NCBI GenBank assembly: GCA_021296415.1
Contig: JAGWAL010000001.1
Location: 16,720-80,719 of the forward strand
DNA length: 64,000 bases
Reading direction: 5' to 3'
DNA from: Acidimicrobiia bacterium
GTDB taxonomy: Bacteria; Actinomycetota; Acidimicrobiia; Acidimicrobiales; CATQHL01
How positions within the stretch are numbered: the first letter of the stretch is position 1; every line of letters starts with the position of its first letter. The translations under genes and the position numbers were made by a program. Positions 48,526-57,388 of this stretch are shown piece after piece. The notes under the pieces were generated by a model. The model ran no database searches. It saw only the letters and a program-made list of their open reading frames with translations, and was not told where the DNA came from.

Positions 48526-49692
48526 TCAGGCGCCGTTGGGCCAGTGTCGCTCGTAGCGCGTCACCAGCCAGCGGTTGAACTGCGCCAGCGTCTCCTCCTG
48601 CCACGAGTACCGGCCACGCGGGGCGAACACCGACCCCAGCCCGATCTGCACCATCTCGTCGGCGTAGATGTCCTGCACGTTGAAGTTGTTGACGCCCTGC
48701 TCCGCCTGCTCGAAGAGGTACTCGAACATCGGGTCCGCAAGGGCGGAGGGCTCGAAGCAGTATCCGATGTTGATCGTGATCTCACCCGGACCGTCGGGGC
48801 TGATGATGAAGTAGGCGATCTCGTCGGGCACGATGGCCAGCGAGAGCGTCGGCGGTATGAGCACGAAACCGCCACGCTTGCGCTGCTCGGTGGTGAGGTT
48901 GCTGAACACCGGCAAGAGGCACTTCTTGGTCGGATTGAACGAGCCGTCGATGTCGGTGAAGTGCTGGATGCGGCCGATGGCGCCGTCGTCCGGATCCCAC
49001 GGCAGGTAGTCGTTCAGGTGGCTCGGGGCGAAGGTCTGCAGCGGGCCGTGCAGCCGGCTGGCGTGGTACGGGTCGTTGAAGTTCTCCATCATGACCTTCC
49101 AGTTCCACTGGAGGCCCGGGAGCGTCTTCCCGGCACGCGTGACCGTCTCCGGCAGGTCGTAGTTCTCGAGCATGGCGTCGATCTTGCGCAGGGAGGGCCC
49201 CAACGGCCGGGCATCGGCGTCGAGGTTGCAGAACACGAAGCCCTGCCACAATTCGGTGCGGAGCCGCGGTAGGCCGTGTTCGGCCTTGTCGAATCCCACG
49301 GCCCGCTCCATCGCCGGCGCCCCTAGGAGTGAGCCGTCCAGACCGTACGACCAGTGGTGGTACGGGCAGGTGAACCGGCGCGTGTTGCCGGAACCCTCTG
49401 CCAGGACCATGCCGCGGTGCTGGCAGACGGCCGAGATCACGCCAACCTCGCCATCGGAGTCCCGGAGCAGAATCAAAGGCTCCCCGGCGATCGTGATGCA
49501 ACGGAAGTCGCCGGGCTCGGGCACCTGGTCGACCCGGCCCACACACAGCCACTCGTGCCGGAAGATGGATCGACGCTCGAACTCGTAGAACTCCTGGGAG
49601 GTGTAGATCAGCGGCGGCAGCAGGCGCGCCTCGTCGACCGCCTTCGTGGAGGCGGCGAACGACTCGCGCAGTTCGGTCGTCAACACGGTCAT
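48526..49692 (-). CDS. Rieske oxygenase alpha subunit (paralog 3)
   Basis: CQH-x16-CPYH, WNWKVMMENFNDPYH...H, VQD. Confidence 0.92.
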   Translation of the reverse strand: MTVLTTELRESFAASTKAVDEARLLPPLIYTSQEFYEFERRSIFRHEWLCVGRVDQVPEPGDFRCITIAGEPLILLRDSDGEVGVISAVCQHRGMVLAEGSGNTRRFTCPYHHWSYGLDGSLLGAPAMERAVGFDKAEHGLPRLRTELWQGFVFCNLDADARPLGPSLRKIDAMLENYDLPETVTRAGKTLPGLQWNWKVMMENFNDPYHASRLHGPLQTFAPSHLNDYLPWDPDDGAIGRIQHFTDIDGSFNPTKKCLLPVFSNLTTEQRKRGGFVLIPPTLSLAIVPDEIAYFIISPDGPGEITINIGYCFEPSALADPMFEYLFEQAEQGVNNFNVQDIYADEMVQIGLGSVFAPRGRYSWQEETLAQFNRWLVTRYERHWPNGA

Positions 49693-50282
49693 CAAGCCTG
49701 TCCCTCCTCGCGGTCTGCCGACGCTGTGAGCGGGTGCTCCCCCGGCACCGTCGGGCGCGGCTGGGCGACGCGCTCGAGGGTCACGGGCGACACGTACCTG
49801 GTCCGCGCCCAGCCCTCCTCGTAGGGGCAGATCACCCGATCCTCGAAACGCAGGCGGGCGATCTTCCATTCGCCCTGCCGGCGCACGAAGTCGTTGTCGT
49901 AGTGGGCGATCAGCCACACGGCGGTCTCGCCGTCAAAAAGCGTGGCCGCCTCCAGGGCGTGCCAGCACCCACGGGCCTGCGCGCCGTCGGGGGAGACATC
50001 GATGACGGGGTTCGTGAGGAAGTGGGCGGTGAACGGCAGCATCGACGGGTTCCGGTGGAACATCTCCCTGATCTCGTCGAGACCGTCGGCCCTGAATTCC
50101 GTCAGGTTCCCCCGGCCCTCCCAGACCGCGCCCGGCGCGAAGAAACCCACGGTCACCTCTGCGTCCTTGATGACGTCGATGGCGTGGACGTAGCGGTGCA
50201 TGAGCCGCTCGATGGCACGTTCGGCCTCGACGCGCCCGAGACGTCGCTCCACCTCCTCCAACCGCTCGCGAAGCTCATCCAT
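49692..50282 (-). CDS. SnoaL-like / NTF2-fold protein
   Basis: IERLMHRYVHAID, FAPGAVW, HFLTNPVIDV, YDNDFVR..GEWKIA. Confidence 0.85.
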   Translation of the reverse strand: MDELRERLEEVERRLGRVEAERAIERLMHRYVHAIDVIKDAEVTVGFFAPGAVWEGRGNLTEFRADGLDEIREMFHRNPSMLPFTAHFLTNPVIDVSPDGAQARGCWHALEAATLFDGETAVWLIAHYDNDFVRRQGEWKIARLRFEDRVICPYEEGWARTRYVSPVTLERVAQPRPTVPGEHPLTASADREEGQA

Positions 50283-50332
50283 TTGCGTGCTCCTCCGGTC
50301 CGGGCCGGCCGGCCGAGTCTCCCGCCGGATCC

Positions 50333-51532
50333 TCAGACGAGCGCTTGGCTCTCCGCATAGGCCCGATACCTCTGGTACAGCCACCTGTTCAACTGCGCCA
50401 CGGTGGTCTCCTTCCAGGAGAACCGGCCACGGGGGGCGAACCTCGACCGCAGCCCCTTCTGCACGGCCGTGTCGGCCACCACGTCCTGATCGTTGTACAT
50501 CATGATCCCGTCGACGATCCAATCGATGATCTTGCCGAAGTTCCGGACCTGCAACGCCTCCGGTGGCACGCAAAGCCCGACCCGGATGGTGATCCGGTTG
50601 GCCCCGCCGGGCAGGACGAGGAAATAGAACATGTGGTCGGGAACAAGTCCCAGCGGCACCATCGGCGGGATCATGGCGAACATGACCCGATTCCGCTGCT
50701 CGGAAGTCAGTGCCGGGATCGGAGGCAGGAGAGCCTTGTGGAGCGGGTTGAAGGCGCCGTCGGCCCGGTCGAACCCGGTCGGGTGCATGATCACGTTCTC
50801 GTCGGGCGTGTGCTCCACGAAGCCGTGACCGAGGGCGAAGTCATGGATGCCCTTGTGGAGGTAGGCGTTGTGGTACGGCTCCATGAAGTTCTCGAGCATC
50901 ACCTTCCAATTCCACGGATAGTCGGGAATGTCCATGGTGGGCAGGCTCACCATCTCGGCGACTCCGTAGTTCGCCATCTCGTCGGCCAGCTTCGTGAGAG
51001 TCGGTGCGAGCGACGGCGGATCCGGCTCGAAGTGGGCGAAGACGAACCCTTGCCAGAGCTCGACGGAGAGTTGCGGCAGGCAGATCTCGTCACGGTTGAA
51101 GTTGTTCGTGCGACCCATCTCGGGGGCGTGGCGCAGGCGGCCGCGCAGGTCGAAGGACCAGAAGTGCAGGGGACAGCGGAACAGCCCGGTCTCCTTGTGG
51201 CCGGCGTCCTCGGCCAGCAGGTGCCCCCTATGCTGGCAGACCGCGGACATCACGCGGATCGTTCCCTCGTCGTCCATCACGACCAGGAGCGGATCGTCGT
51301 TGATGGTGATCGTGAAGTAGTCGCCCGGCGCCTTCAAGAAGTCGGCCCGCCCCACGCAGAGCCACGAGCGGTAATAGATGGCCTCCTTCTCGAAGCCGAA
51401 CCACTCCTCGGAGGTATAGAACTCCGGAGGGAAGTAGCAGCCGTCGGCCACATCGCCGACGGACGGCTGCATCGACTCGAGACGCTCAGCGTTGACAAGG
51501 TGGCCGAACCGCTGCTGCGGGCTCGCGAACAT
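50333..51532 (-). CDS. Rieske oxygenase alpha subunit (paralog 4)
   Basis: CQH-x18-CPLH, WNWKVMLENFMEPYH...H, DQD. Confidence 0.92.
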   Translation of the reverse strand: MFASPQQRFGHLVNAERLESMQPSVGDVADGCYFPPEFYTSEEWFGFEKEAIYYRSWLCVGRADFLKAPGDYFTITINDDPLLVVMDDEGTIRVMSAVCQHRGHLLAEDAGHKETGLFRCPLHFWSFDLRGRLRHAPEMGRTNNFNRDEICLPQLSVELWQGFVFAHFEPDPPSLAPTLTKLADEMANYGVAEMVSLPTMDIPDYPWNWKVMLENFMEPYHNAYLHKGIHDFALGHGFVEHTPDENVIMHPTGFDRADGAFNPLHKALLPPIPALTSEQRNRVMFAMIPPMVPLGLVPDHMFYFLVLPGGANRITIRVGLCVPPEALQVRNFGKIIDWIVDGIMMYNDQDVVADTAVQKGLRSRFAPRGRFSWKETTVAQLNRWLYQRYRAYAESQALV

Positions 51533-51865
51533 GACGCTTCCTCTCCGGTGAGCCGCGACTCACCGATCTCTTCCTGAGCGACGGGCGGCGCTGGAGCGCC
51601 TCCCGCGGAATTATGGCCCCCGGCTGCTTGCCGCACAATCGGGACGACAGGGCGACCGCCGCGGCGCCACGGCGTCGCAGGTGCCGTCCCGACTAGTCTC
51701 CGCAGCGACGGGCCGGATTGCCGGGACCGCCGGGAACGGGGCTATCGTTCTGCTGCGGATACCGCGGTGGGCACTCCTGTCGTCTCTTGCACGGCTAGAT
51801 TGTGGGGACGCCCTAGAGCGGCGCTATGCAGCGGGGACCATGAGATTGGCAGATAAGGAGCAGCG

Positions 51866-52207
51866 ATGATGGAAGTCACTTCCGAGCGGCGGGGCACAGC
51901 GGTGATCATCAATACCGAGGGCCGAGTCGACGGATCAAACGCCAGCGACTTTCAGGACGCTCTGGAGGCCGCAATCGGCGCAGACGACGATTCGGTGATC
52001 CTGAACCTCGCGCAGCTGGACTACATCAGCAGCGCCGGCCTGCGGATCATCCTGCTCAGCGCGAAGAACCTCCGCCAGCGTGACGTCAGCTTCGCCATCA
52101 GCTCACTGTCGCCCTCCGTGCACGAACTCTTCATCATCAGCGGTTTCGATCAGATCATCGCTATCCACAGCTCGCCGGACACAGCCCTGGCCGCCCTGCA
52201 GGGCTGA
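51866..52207 (+). CDS. STAS anti-sigma-factor antagonist (RsbV/SpoIIAA-like)
   Basis: GRVD, LDYISSAGLR (phosphoserine site), SGFD. Confidence 0.93.
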   Translation: MMEVTSERRGTAVIINTEGRVDGSNASDFQDALEAAIGADDDSVILNLAQLDYISSAGLRIILLSAKNLRQRDVSFAISSLSPSVHELFIISGFDQIIAIHSSPDTALAALQG

Positions 52208-52288
52208 CCTGCTCACCCCTCCGGGACCAGGCGGACGGGCTAAAGCGGAGAAGCACGGCGGACGCGCGCGGCGGGAACCGGGAATGCC

Positions 52289-53458
52289 ATGAAGGAACAG
52301 ACCTACAAGATCCTGGTTGTCGACGACGAGGTCGACCTGGAGCCGCTCATGCTCCAGCGCATGCGCCGCGACATCAGAGCCGGACGTTACAGCTTCGTCT
52401 TCGCGCACAACGGCGTCGAGGCCCTCGAGAAGCTGAACGAGGACCACACCATCGACATGGTGCTCTCCGACATCAACATGCCGCAGATGGACGGGTTGAC
52501 GCTCCTGGAGCAGATCCCCCAGGTTGACCCGAACATCAAGTCCGTGATCATCTCGGCCTACGGCGACATGAAGAACATCCGGACGGCCATGAACAGGGGC
52601 GCCTTCGACTTCGTCACCAAGCCCCTGGACTTCACCGACCTGCGGATTACGATCGAGCGCACGCTCGCCCACCTCACCGAGTGGCGCTCCGCGCTGGCAT
52701 CGCGCGACCAATTGGTCTCACTGCAGAGGGAACTCGATGTCGCCAGCAAGATGCAGAAGTCGATCCTTCCGACGCGTTTCCCGCGCCACGACGACTACGG
52801 GGTGTTCGCCCACATGGAACCGGCCCGCAACGTCGGGGGCGACTTCTACGACGTCATCAACCTCGAGCACGGTCGCATCGGGCTGTGCATCGCCGACGTG
52901 TCCGACAAGGGGGTGCCCGCGGCCCTGTTCATGATGTCCAGCCGCACCCTGCTGAAGGGTGCCTCCATCGGCTACGACAACCCCGGCGACGTCCTACGCG
53001 AAGTCAACGACCTCCTGCGCGAGTCCAACGACACCGAGATGTTCGTGACCCTGCTCTACGGGATCTACGACCCCGCCACCGGGGACTTCACCTACGCCAA
53101 CGGGGGCCACAACGAACCCCTCCTGATCCGACCGGACGGAAGCTCGTCGTTGCTCCCGCGCACCGGCGGGATCATCCTCGGCGTGATGGGCGGCATGGAG
53201 TTCGCCCACAAGACGATCAACGTCGGACCGGGCGACACGCTGTTCCTGTACACCGACGGCGTGAGCGAGGCCATGAACGTCGAGGCCGAGGAGTTCGGGA
53301 TGGAACGGCTCGCGGCGATCTTCGCCGACGTCCCGCCAACCGACGCCGAGGAGACGACGATGTCCGTCTTCAAAGCGGTGCACACCTTCGCCGGAGAGAC
53401 ACCGCAGTCCGACGACATCACCTGCCTGACCCTTCACCGCAGCGAGTCGGGAAGTTGA
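52289..53458 (+). CDS. response regulator receiver fused to a PP2C/SpoIIE phosphatase (RsbU/RsbY-like)
   Basis: LVVDDE, SDINMP.MDG, FVTKP; VGGDFYD, ADVSDKG, NGGH, YTDGV, DDIT. Confidence 0.93.
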   Translation: MKEQTYKILVVDDEVDLEPLMLQRMRRDIRAGRYSFVFAHNGVEALEKLNEDHTIDMVLSDINMPQMDGLTLLEQIPQVDPNIKSVIISAYGDMKNIRTAMNRGAFDFVTKPLDFTDLRITIERTLAHLTEWRSALASRDQLVSLQRELDVASKMQKSILPTRFPRHDDYGVFAHMEPARNVGGDFYDVINLEHGRIGLCIADVSDKGVPAALFMMSSRTLLKGASIGYDNPGDVLREVNDLLRESNDTEMFVTLLYGIYDPATGDFTYANGGHNEPLLIRPDGSSSLLPRTGGIILGVMGGMEFAHKTINVGPGDTLFLYTDGVSEAMNVEAEEFGMERLAAIFADVPPTDAEETTMSVFKAVHTFAGETPQSDDITCLTLHRSESGS

Positions 53459-53880
53459 GCGCCTACTTCTGCGTGGAGGTCGGATCGGCGGAGAACGAGT
53501 CGGTCGATGACGCCTTGCGGCACATGGAGCAGTCGATCGAGGAGTTCGGCCGCCAGGAGCAGTGGCCCGACGACCTCATCTTCAAGCTGCACCTCATCCT
53601 GGAGGAACTCGGCCTGAACGCCATGACCTACGGCGGCGCCTCGAGCGTGCGGATCGTCATCTCCGAGGACGTCGACGAGGTCACCATCGAGATCTCCGAC
53701 GACGGCGGCGCCTTCGACCCGCTGAACGAGGCACCCCAGCCCGACGTGAACGCGGCGCTGGAGGAACGGTCCATCGGCGGTCTGGGGATCCACCTCGTGC
53801 GCACGTTGACCAACGACTTGAGCTACCGACGGGAAGGGGGTCGGAACCATCTGACCCTGGTCACGCGGCGACCGGAATGA
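53455..53880 (+). CDS. RsbW-like anti-sigma factor / Ser kinase (HATPase_c_2)
   Basis: LEELGLNAMTYG, DDGGAFDP, GGLGIHLV, GRNHLTL. Confidence 0.9.
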   Translation: MSAYFCVEVGSAENESVDDALRHMEQSIEEFGRQEQWPDDLIFKLHLILEELGLNAMTYGGASSVRIVISEDVDEVTIEISDDGGAFDPLNEAPQPDVNAALEERSIGGLGIHLVRTLTNDLSYRREGGRNHLTLVTRRPE

Positions 53881-55130
53881 TCACCGCGACGCGCCGGAGT
53901 GTTGCACCGGCGCTCGGGGTGCTCGCCCTGCTGGCGCTGATTGCGCACGCCTGCACCACCGAGAGCGACTCCGACGGCGCGGGAGGATCCACTCCCACCA
54001 CATCCGAGCCCGCCGGCGGGCCGCAGGAAGGCCCGCCGCAAGCGACGGACTCCGGGGGCGTCTTCGAGGACTCCGTCCTCTTCGGCCAGTCGGCGGCCTT
54101 CAGCGGCCCGGCCCAGGAACTCGGCAAGAACATGCGGCTCGGTATCGAGGCCGCATTCGCCGAGGCCAACCAGAACGGTGGCGTCCATGGCCGCCGGCTG
54201 GACCTCGTCTCGCTCGACGACGCCTACGAACCCGAAGCCGCCGTCACCAACACGCAGCAACTCATCGACTCCGCCGGGGTCTTCGCGTTGATCGGTGAGG
54301 TCGGAACCCCGACGTCACGTTCGGCCGCCCCGGTCGCAGCCGCTGCCCAGGTCCCCTTCATCGCCCCGTTCACCGGCGCTGAGTTCCTGCGCAACGACGA
54401 GTGGCGCAACATCGTCAACCTGCGCTCCTCGTACTACCAGGAGACCGAGGAGATCGTCAGCCTGCTCACGGACCGGGGTGTCGACCGGATCGCCGTGATG
54501 TTCCAGGATGACTCCTTCGGTCGTGCGGGCTACCGGGGCGTGCTGCAGGCGCTCGACCGTCGCGAGATGAATCCGGTGGCCATCGGGCTGTACCCGCGGA
54601 ACACCACGGCGGTCCGCACCGCCCTGCTGGATCTCCAGCAGGGACATCCCGAAGCCGTCGTGATGGTCGGGGCCTACCAGCCGGTGGCATCGCTGATCCG
54701 CTGGGCGCGCCACCTCGGCGAGGACTGGATCTTCGTCACGATCTCCTTCGTCGGATCCAACGCCCTCGCCGAGGAGCTGGGAACCGGCGGCGACGGCGTC
54801 TTCGTGACTCAGGTCGTGCCCTTCCCGACCGACGACTCGCTACCCGTGGTGGCGTCGTACCTCGACGCGCTCGGAGCCCACGACCCCCGCGAGACGCCGG
54901 GGTTCGTCTCGTTGGAGGGATACCTGGCCGGCCGCCTGGCGATCGTCGGGCTCGAGCGTTGCGGGCGCGACCTCACGCGGGCCTGCTTCCTCGACGAGAT
55001 CCTGCACGGTGAACCCGTCGACATCGACGGCTTCCAACTGGCTTTCGGCACCAACGACAACCAGGGCTCCGATGCCGTGTTCCTGACCGTGCTCGAGAAC
55101 GGGCGCTACCTGCCGACCGACTCGATGTGA
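53877..55130 (+). CDS. type I (LivJ-like) substrate-binding lipoprotein, probable sensor partner
   Basis: Lipobox AHAC, GQSAAFSGP, GGVHGR, DDAYEP, VGTPT, LRSSY; no permease nearby. Confidence 0.88.
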   Translation: MITATRRSVAPALGVLALLALIAHACTTESDSDGAGGSTPTTSEPAGGPQEGPPQATDSGGVFEDSVLFGQSAAFSGPAQELGKNMRLGIEAAFAEANQNGGVHGRRLDLVSLDDAYEPEAAVTNTQQLIDSAGVFALIGEVGTPTSRSAAPVAAAAQVPFIAPFTGAEFLRNDEWRNIVNLRSSYYQETEEIVSLLTDRGVDRIAVMFQDDSFGRAGYRGVLQALDRREMNPVAIGLYPRNTTAVRTALLDLQQGHPEAVVMVGAYQPVASLIRWARHLGEDWIFVTISFVGSNALAEELGTGGDGVFVTQVVPFPTDDSLPVVASYLDALGAHDPRETPGFVSLEGYLAGRLAIVGLERCGRDLTRACFLDEILHGEPVDIDGFQLAFGTNDNQGSDAVFLTVLENGRYLPTDSM

Positions 55131-55197
55131 CGGCGGTGGCGACAATGACGGAACCGGCGCGTCGGCAGCGATCCGCCGGCGACGGGGGCCACGGGCC

Positions 55198-57381
55198 ATG
55201 AGAGACCTGCTGCGCAGGTTGGTGGCGTTCGCCTTCCGCATCTCCACGCAGATGTACGTCGCCATCGGGGTGCTCGGCTCCCTGACGATCGCGGCCATCG
55301 CCGTGACCTGGGTCTCCTTCAACAGCATCGACAGCGCCCAGGACCGCGTGAACACGGAGAGCCTGCCCCGAATCGTCACCGCCTTCCGGATCACCGAGTT
55401 GAGCAGCGAGCTGGTGGCCGCCGCACCGCGCCTGACCGTCGCCGCCACGCCCGAGGAGCTCGCCGCGGTCTCCGCCGAAATCGTGGAGACGCAGCAGGAG
55501 TTCCGCCGGGAGTTGGACCTGCTGGAGCAGCAGGACGTCGACGCCGCGCTCTTCGTCTCGATCCGCTCGCGCGGCCGGCAGCTCGAATCCAACATCGCCC
55601 AGATCGAGACCGAGATGCCGACATCCTTCGAGCTGGCCGCGAAGATCGAGTCCGTCCGGAACGAATTGGCCGATCTCCGCCGGAAACTCGACGGGATCCT
55701 CATTCCGGCACTCGACGAGCAGCTCTTCTACCAGATCACCGGCTACCAGCTGATCGGCGAGCCCCCCGTACCGCGCGACCAGCACTTCAACGAATCCGAG
55801 TTCATCCGCTACCGCCACCTCCAGGCGCTGCAGACCGACACGGCCATCGCCACGGAGTTGCTTGCCACCGCCTTCACCGTCCGCAACACCTCGCTCATCG
55901 AACCCTTGCAGGAGAGCTTCGAGTCGGTGGTCGACCGGATCGAGATCAGCGCCACGGCCATCGGGCTGATCGCCCAGCGTGCCTTCCTGGTCTCGACTCT
56001 CGCTGATCTGTTCGAGTTGGGTCTCGGCGAGGAGAGCGGCTTCGTCCTCACAACCGAGCAGCTGAGGCTCGCCGAGCGGCAGCGCCAACTGCTGGGCGAG
56101 AACCGCGCGCAGGCCGCCGAGCTGGCATCCGAGGTGGAGGAGTTGATCAGCGGCGCCCAGGCGGACGCCAGGTCGGCAACCGACGCCTCCTCCCAGGCCA
56201 TCTCCACGTCTCGCATCCTGCTGCTCGTGATCGCCGTTGTCAGCGTGGTCGTGGCACTCTCCGTCATCTGGGGGTTCGTGGGCCGGATCCTGTTGCGGCG
56301 CCTCAACCAGCTCTCCGACCGCATGCGGCGCATGGCCGACGGCGACCTGGAGGACGAGGTTGTGATCGCCGGGCGCGACGAGGTCACCGAGATGGCCGAC
56401 GCCCTCGAGGTGTTCCGGCGCCACGCCCTGGAGGTCCAGAGACTCAACCTGGTCGAGAAGCTGGCCGAGGAACTCGGCGAGAAGAACACCCAGCTGGAAG
56501 AGGTGCTGGACGAGTTGCACCGTGCCCAGGACCAGATCGTCATGCGCGAGAAGCTCGCCGCGCTCGGCGAGGTGACCGCCGGTGTGGCACACGAGATCCG
56601 CAATCCCCTGAACTTCGTGAAGAACTTCTCCGAGGTCTCCGCTGAGCTGATCGAGGAGTTGCGCGAAGTGCTCGACGAGGCCGAGGACGAACTGACCGAC
56701 GAGCAGCGGGAACTCATCCTCGAGATCGCCGCGGACCTGACCGAGAACCTCGATCGCATCGCCTCGCACGGCAACCGCGCCAACACCATCGTGCACGACA
56801 TGCTGATGATGAGCCGCGAGACGGGCGAATGGCGCCTCGCCGACCTCAACGGTCTGATCGAGGAGCACGCCAGACTGGCGTTCCACAGCGCGCGAGCCGT
56901 CGACCCGGACTTCCAGTTGAACCTCGAGTTCGACCTGGATCCCGAGATCGGCGAACTGGAGGTACTACCGCAGGACCTCGGCAGGGTCTTCATCAACATG
57001 GTGGGGAACAGCTGCCACGCCACCGACGAGAAGCGCAAGGAACTGCTGGAGGCGGGCGAGGGCCGCTCCTACATGCCCACCGTGCGGACCACGAGCCGCA
57101 AGCTCGACGGCACCGTCGAGGTCACGATCCGCGACAACGGCAAGGGAATACCACCCGAGGTGGTCGACAAGATCTTCAACCCGTTCTTCACCACGAAGTC
57201 GACCGATCAGGGCACCGGGCTGGGCCTGGCCATCACCAACGACATCGTCCGCGAGCACGGTGGCTCGATCCGCGTCAACTCCTCGCCGGGAGAGTTCACC
57301 GAGATGATCATCACCCTGCCGACGGAGCGCTCCGAGGCCGTGACCGAGGAGCCTGCCGCGAGCGGTCCGGCCGAGGCCTGA
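55198..57381 (+). CDS. HAMP sensor histidine kinase with a large helical (TorS-like) extracytoplasmic domain
   Basis: Two transmembrane segments, HAMP (GRDEVTEMA), AGVAHEIRNPL, DNGKG, FNPFFTTK, GTGLGL. Confidence 0.9.
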   Translation: MRDLLRRLVAFAFRISTQMYVAIGVLGSLTIAAIAVTWVSFNSIDSAQDRVNTESLPRIVTAFRITELSSELVAAAPRLTVAATPEELAAVSAEIVETQQEFRRELDLLEQQDVDAALFVSIRSRGRQLESNIAQIETEMPTSFELAAKIESVRNELADLRRKLDGILIPALDEQLFYQITGYQLIGEPPVPRDQHFNESEFIRYRHLQALQTDTAIATELLATAFTVRNTSLIEPLQESFESVVDRIEISATAIGLIAQRAFLVSTLADLFELGLGEESGFVLTTEQLRLAERQRQLLGENRAQAAELASEVEELISGAQADARSATDASSQAISTSRILLLVIAVVSVVVALSVIWGFVGRILLRRLNQLSDRMRRMADGDLEDEVVIAGRDEVTEMADALEVFRRHALEVQRLNLVEKLAEELGEKNTQLEEVLDELHRAQDQIVMREKLAALGEVTAGVAHEIRNPLNFVKNFSEVSAELIEELREVLDEAEDELTDEQRELILEIAADLTENLDRIASHGNRANTIVHDMLMMSRETGEWRLADLNGLIEEHARLAFHSARAVDPDFQLNLEFDLDPEIGELEVLPQDLGRVFINMVGNSCHATDEKRKELLEAGEGRSYMPTVRTTSRKLDGTVEVTIRDNGKGIPPEVVDKIFNPFFTTKSTDQGTGLGLAITNDIVREHGGSIRVNSSPGEFTEMIITLPTERSEAVTEEPAASGPAEA

Positions 57382-57388
57382 CCGGCCG

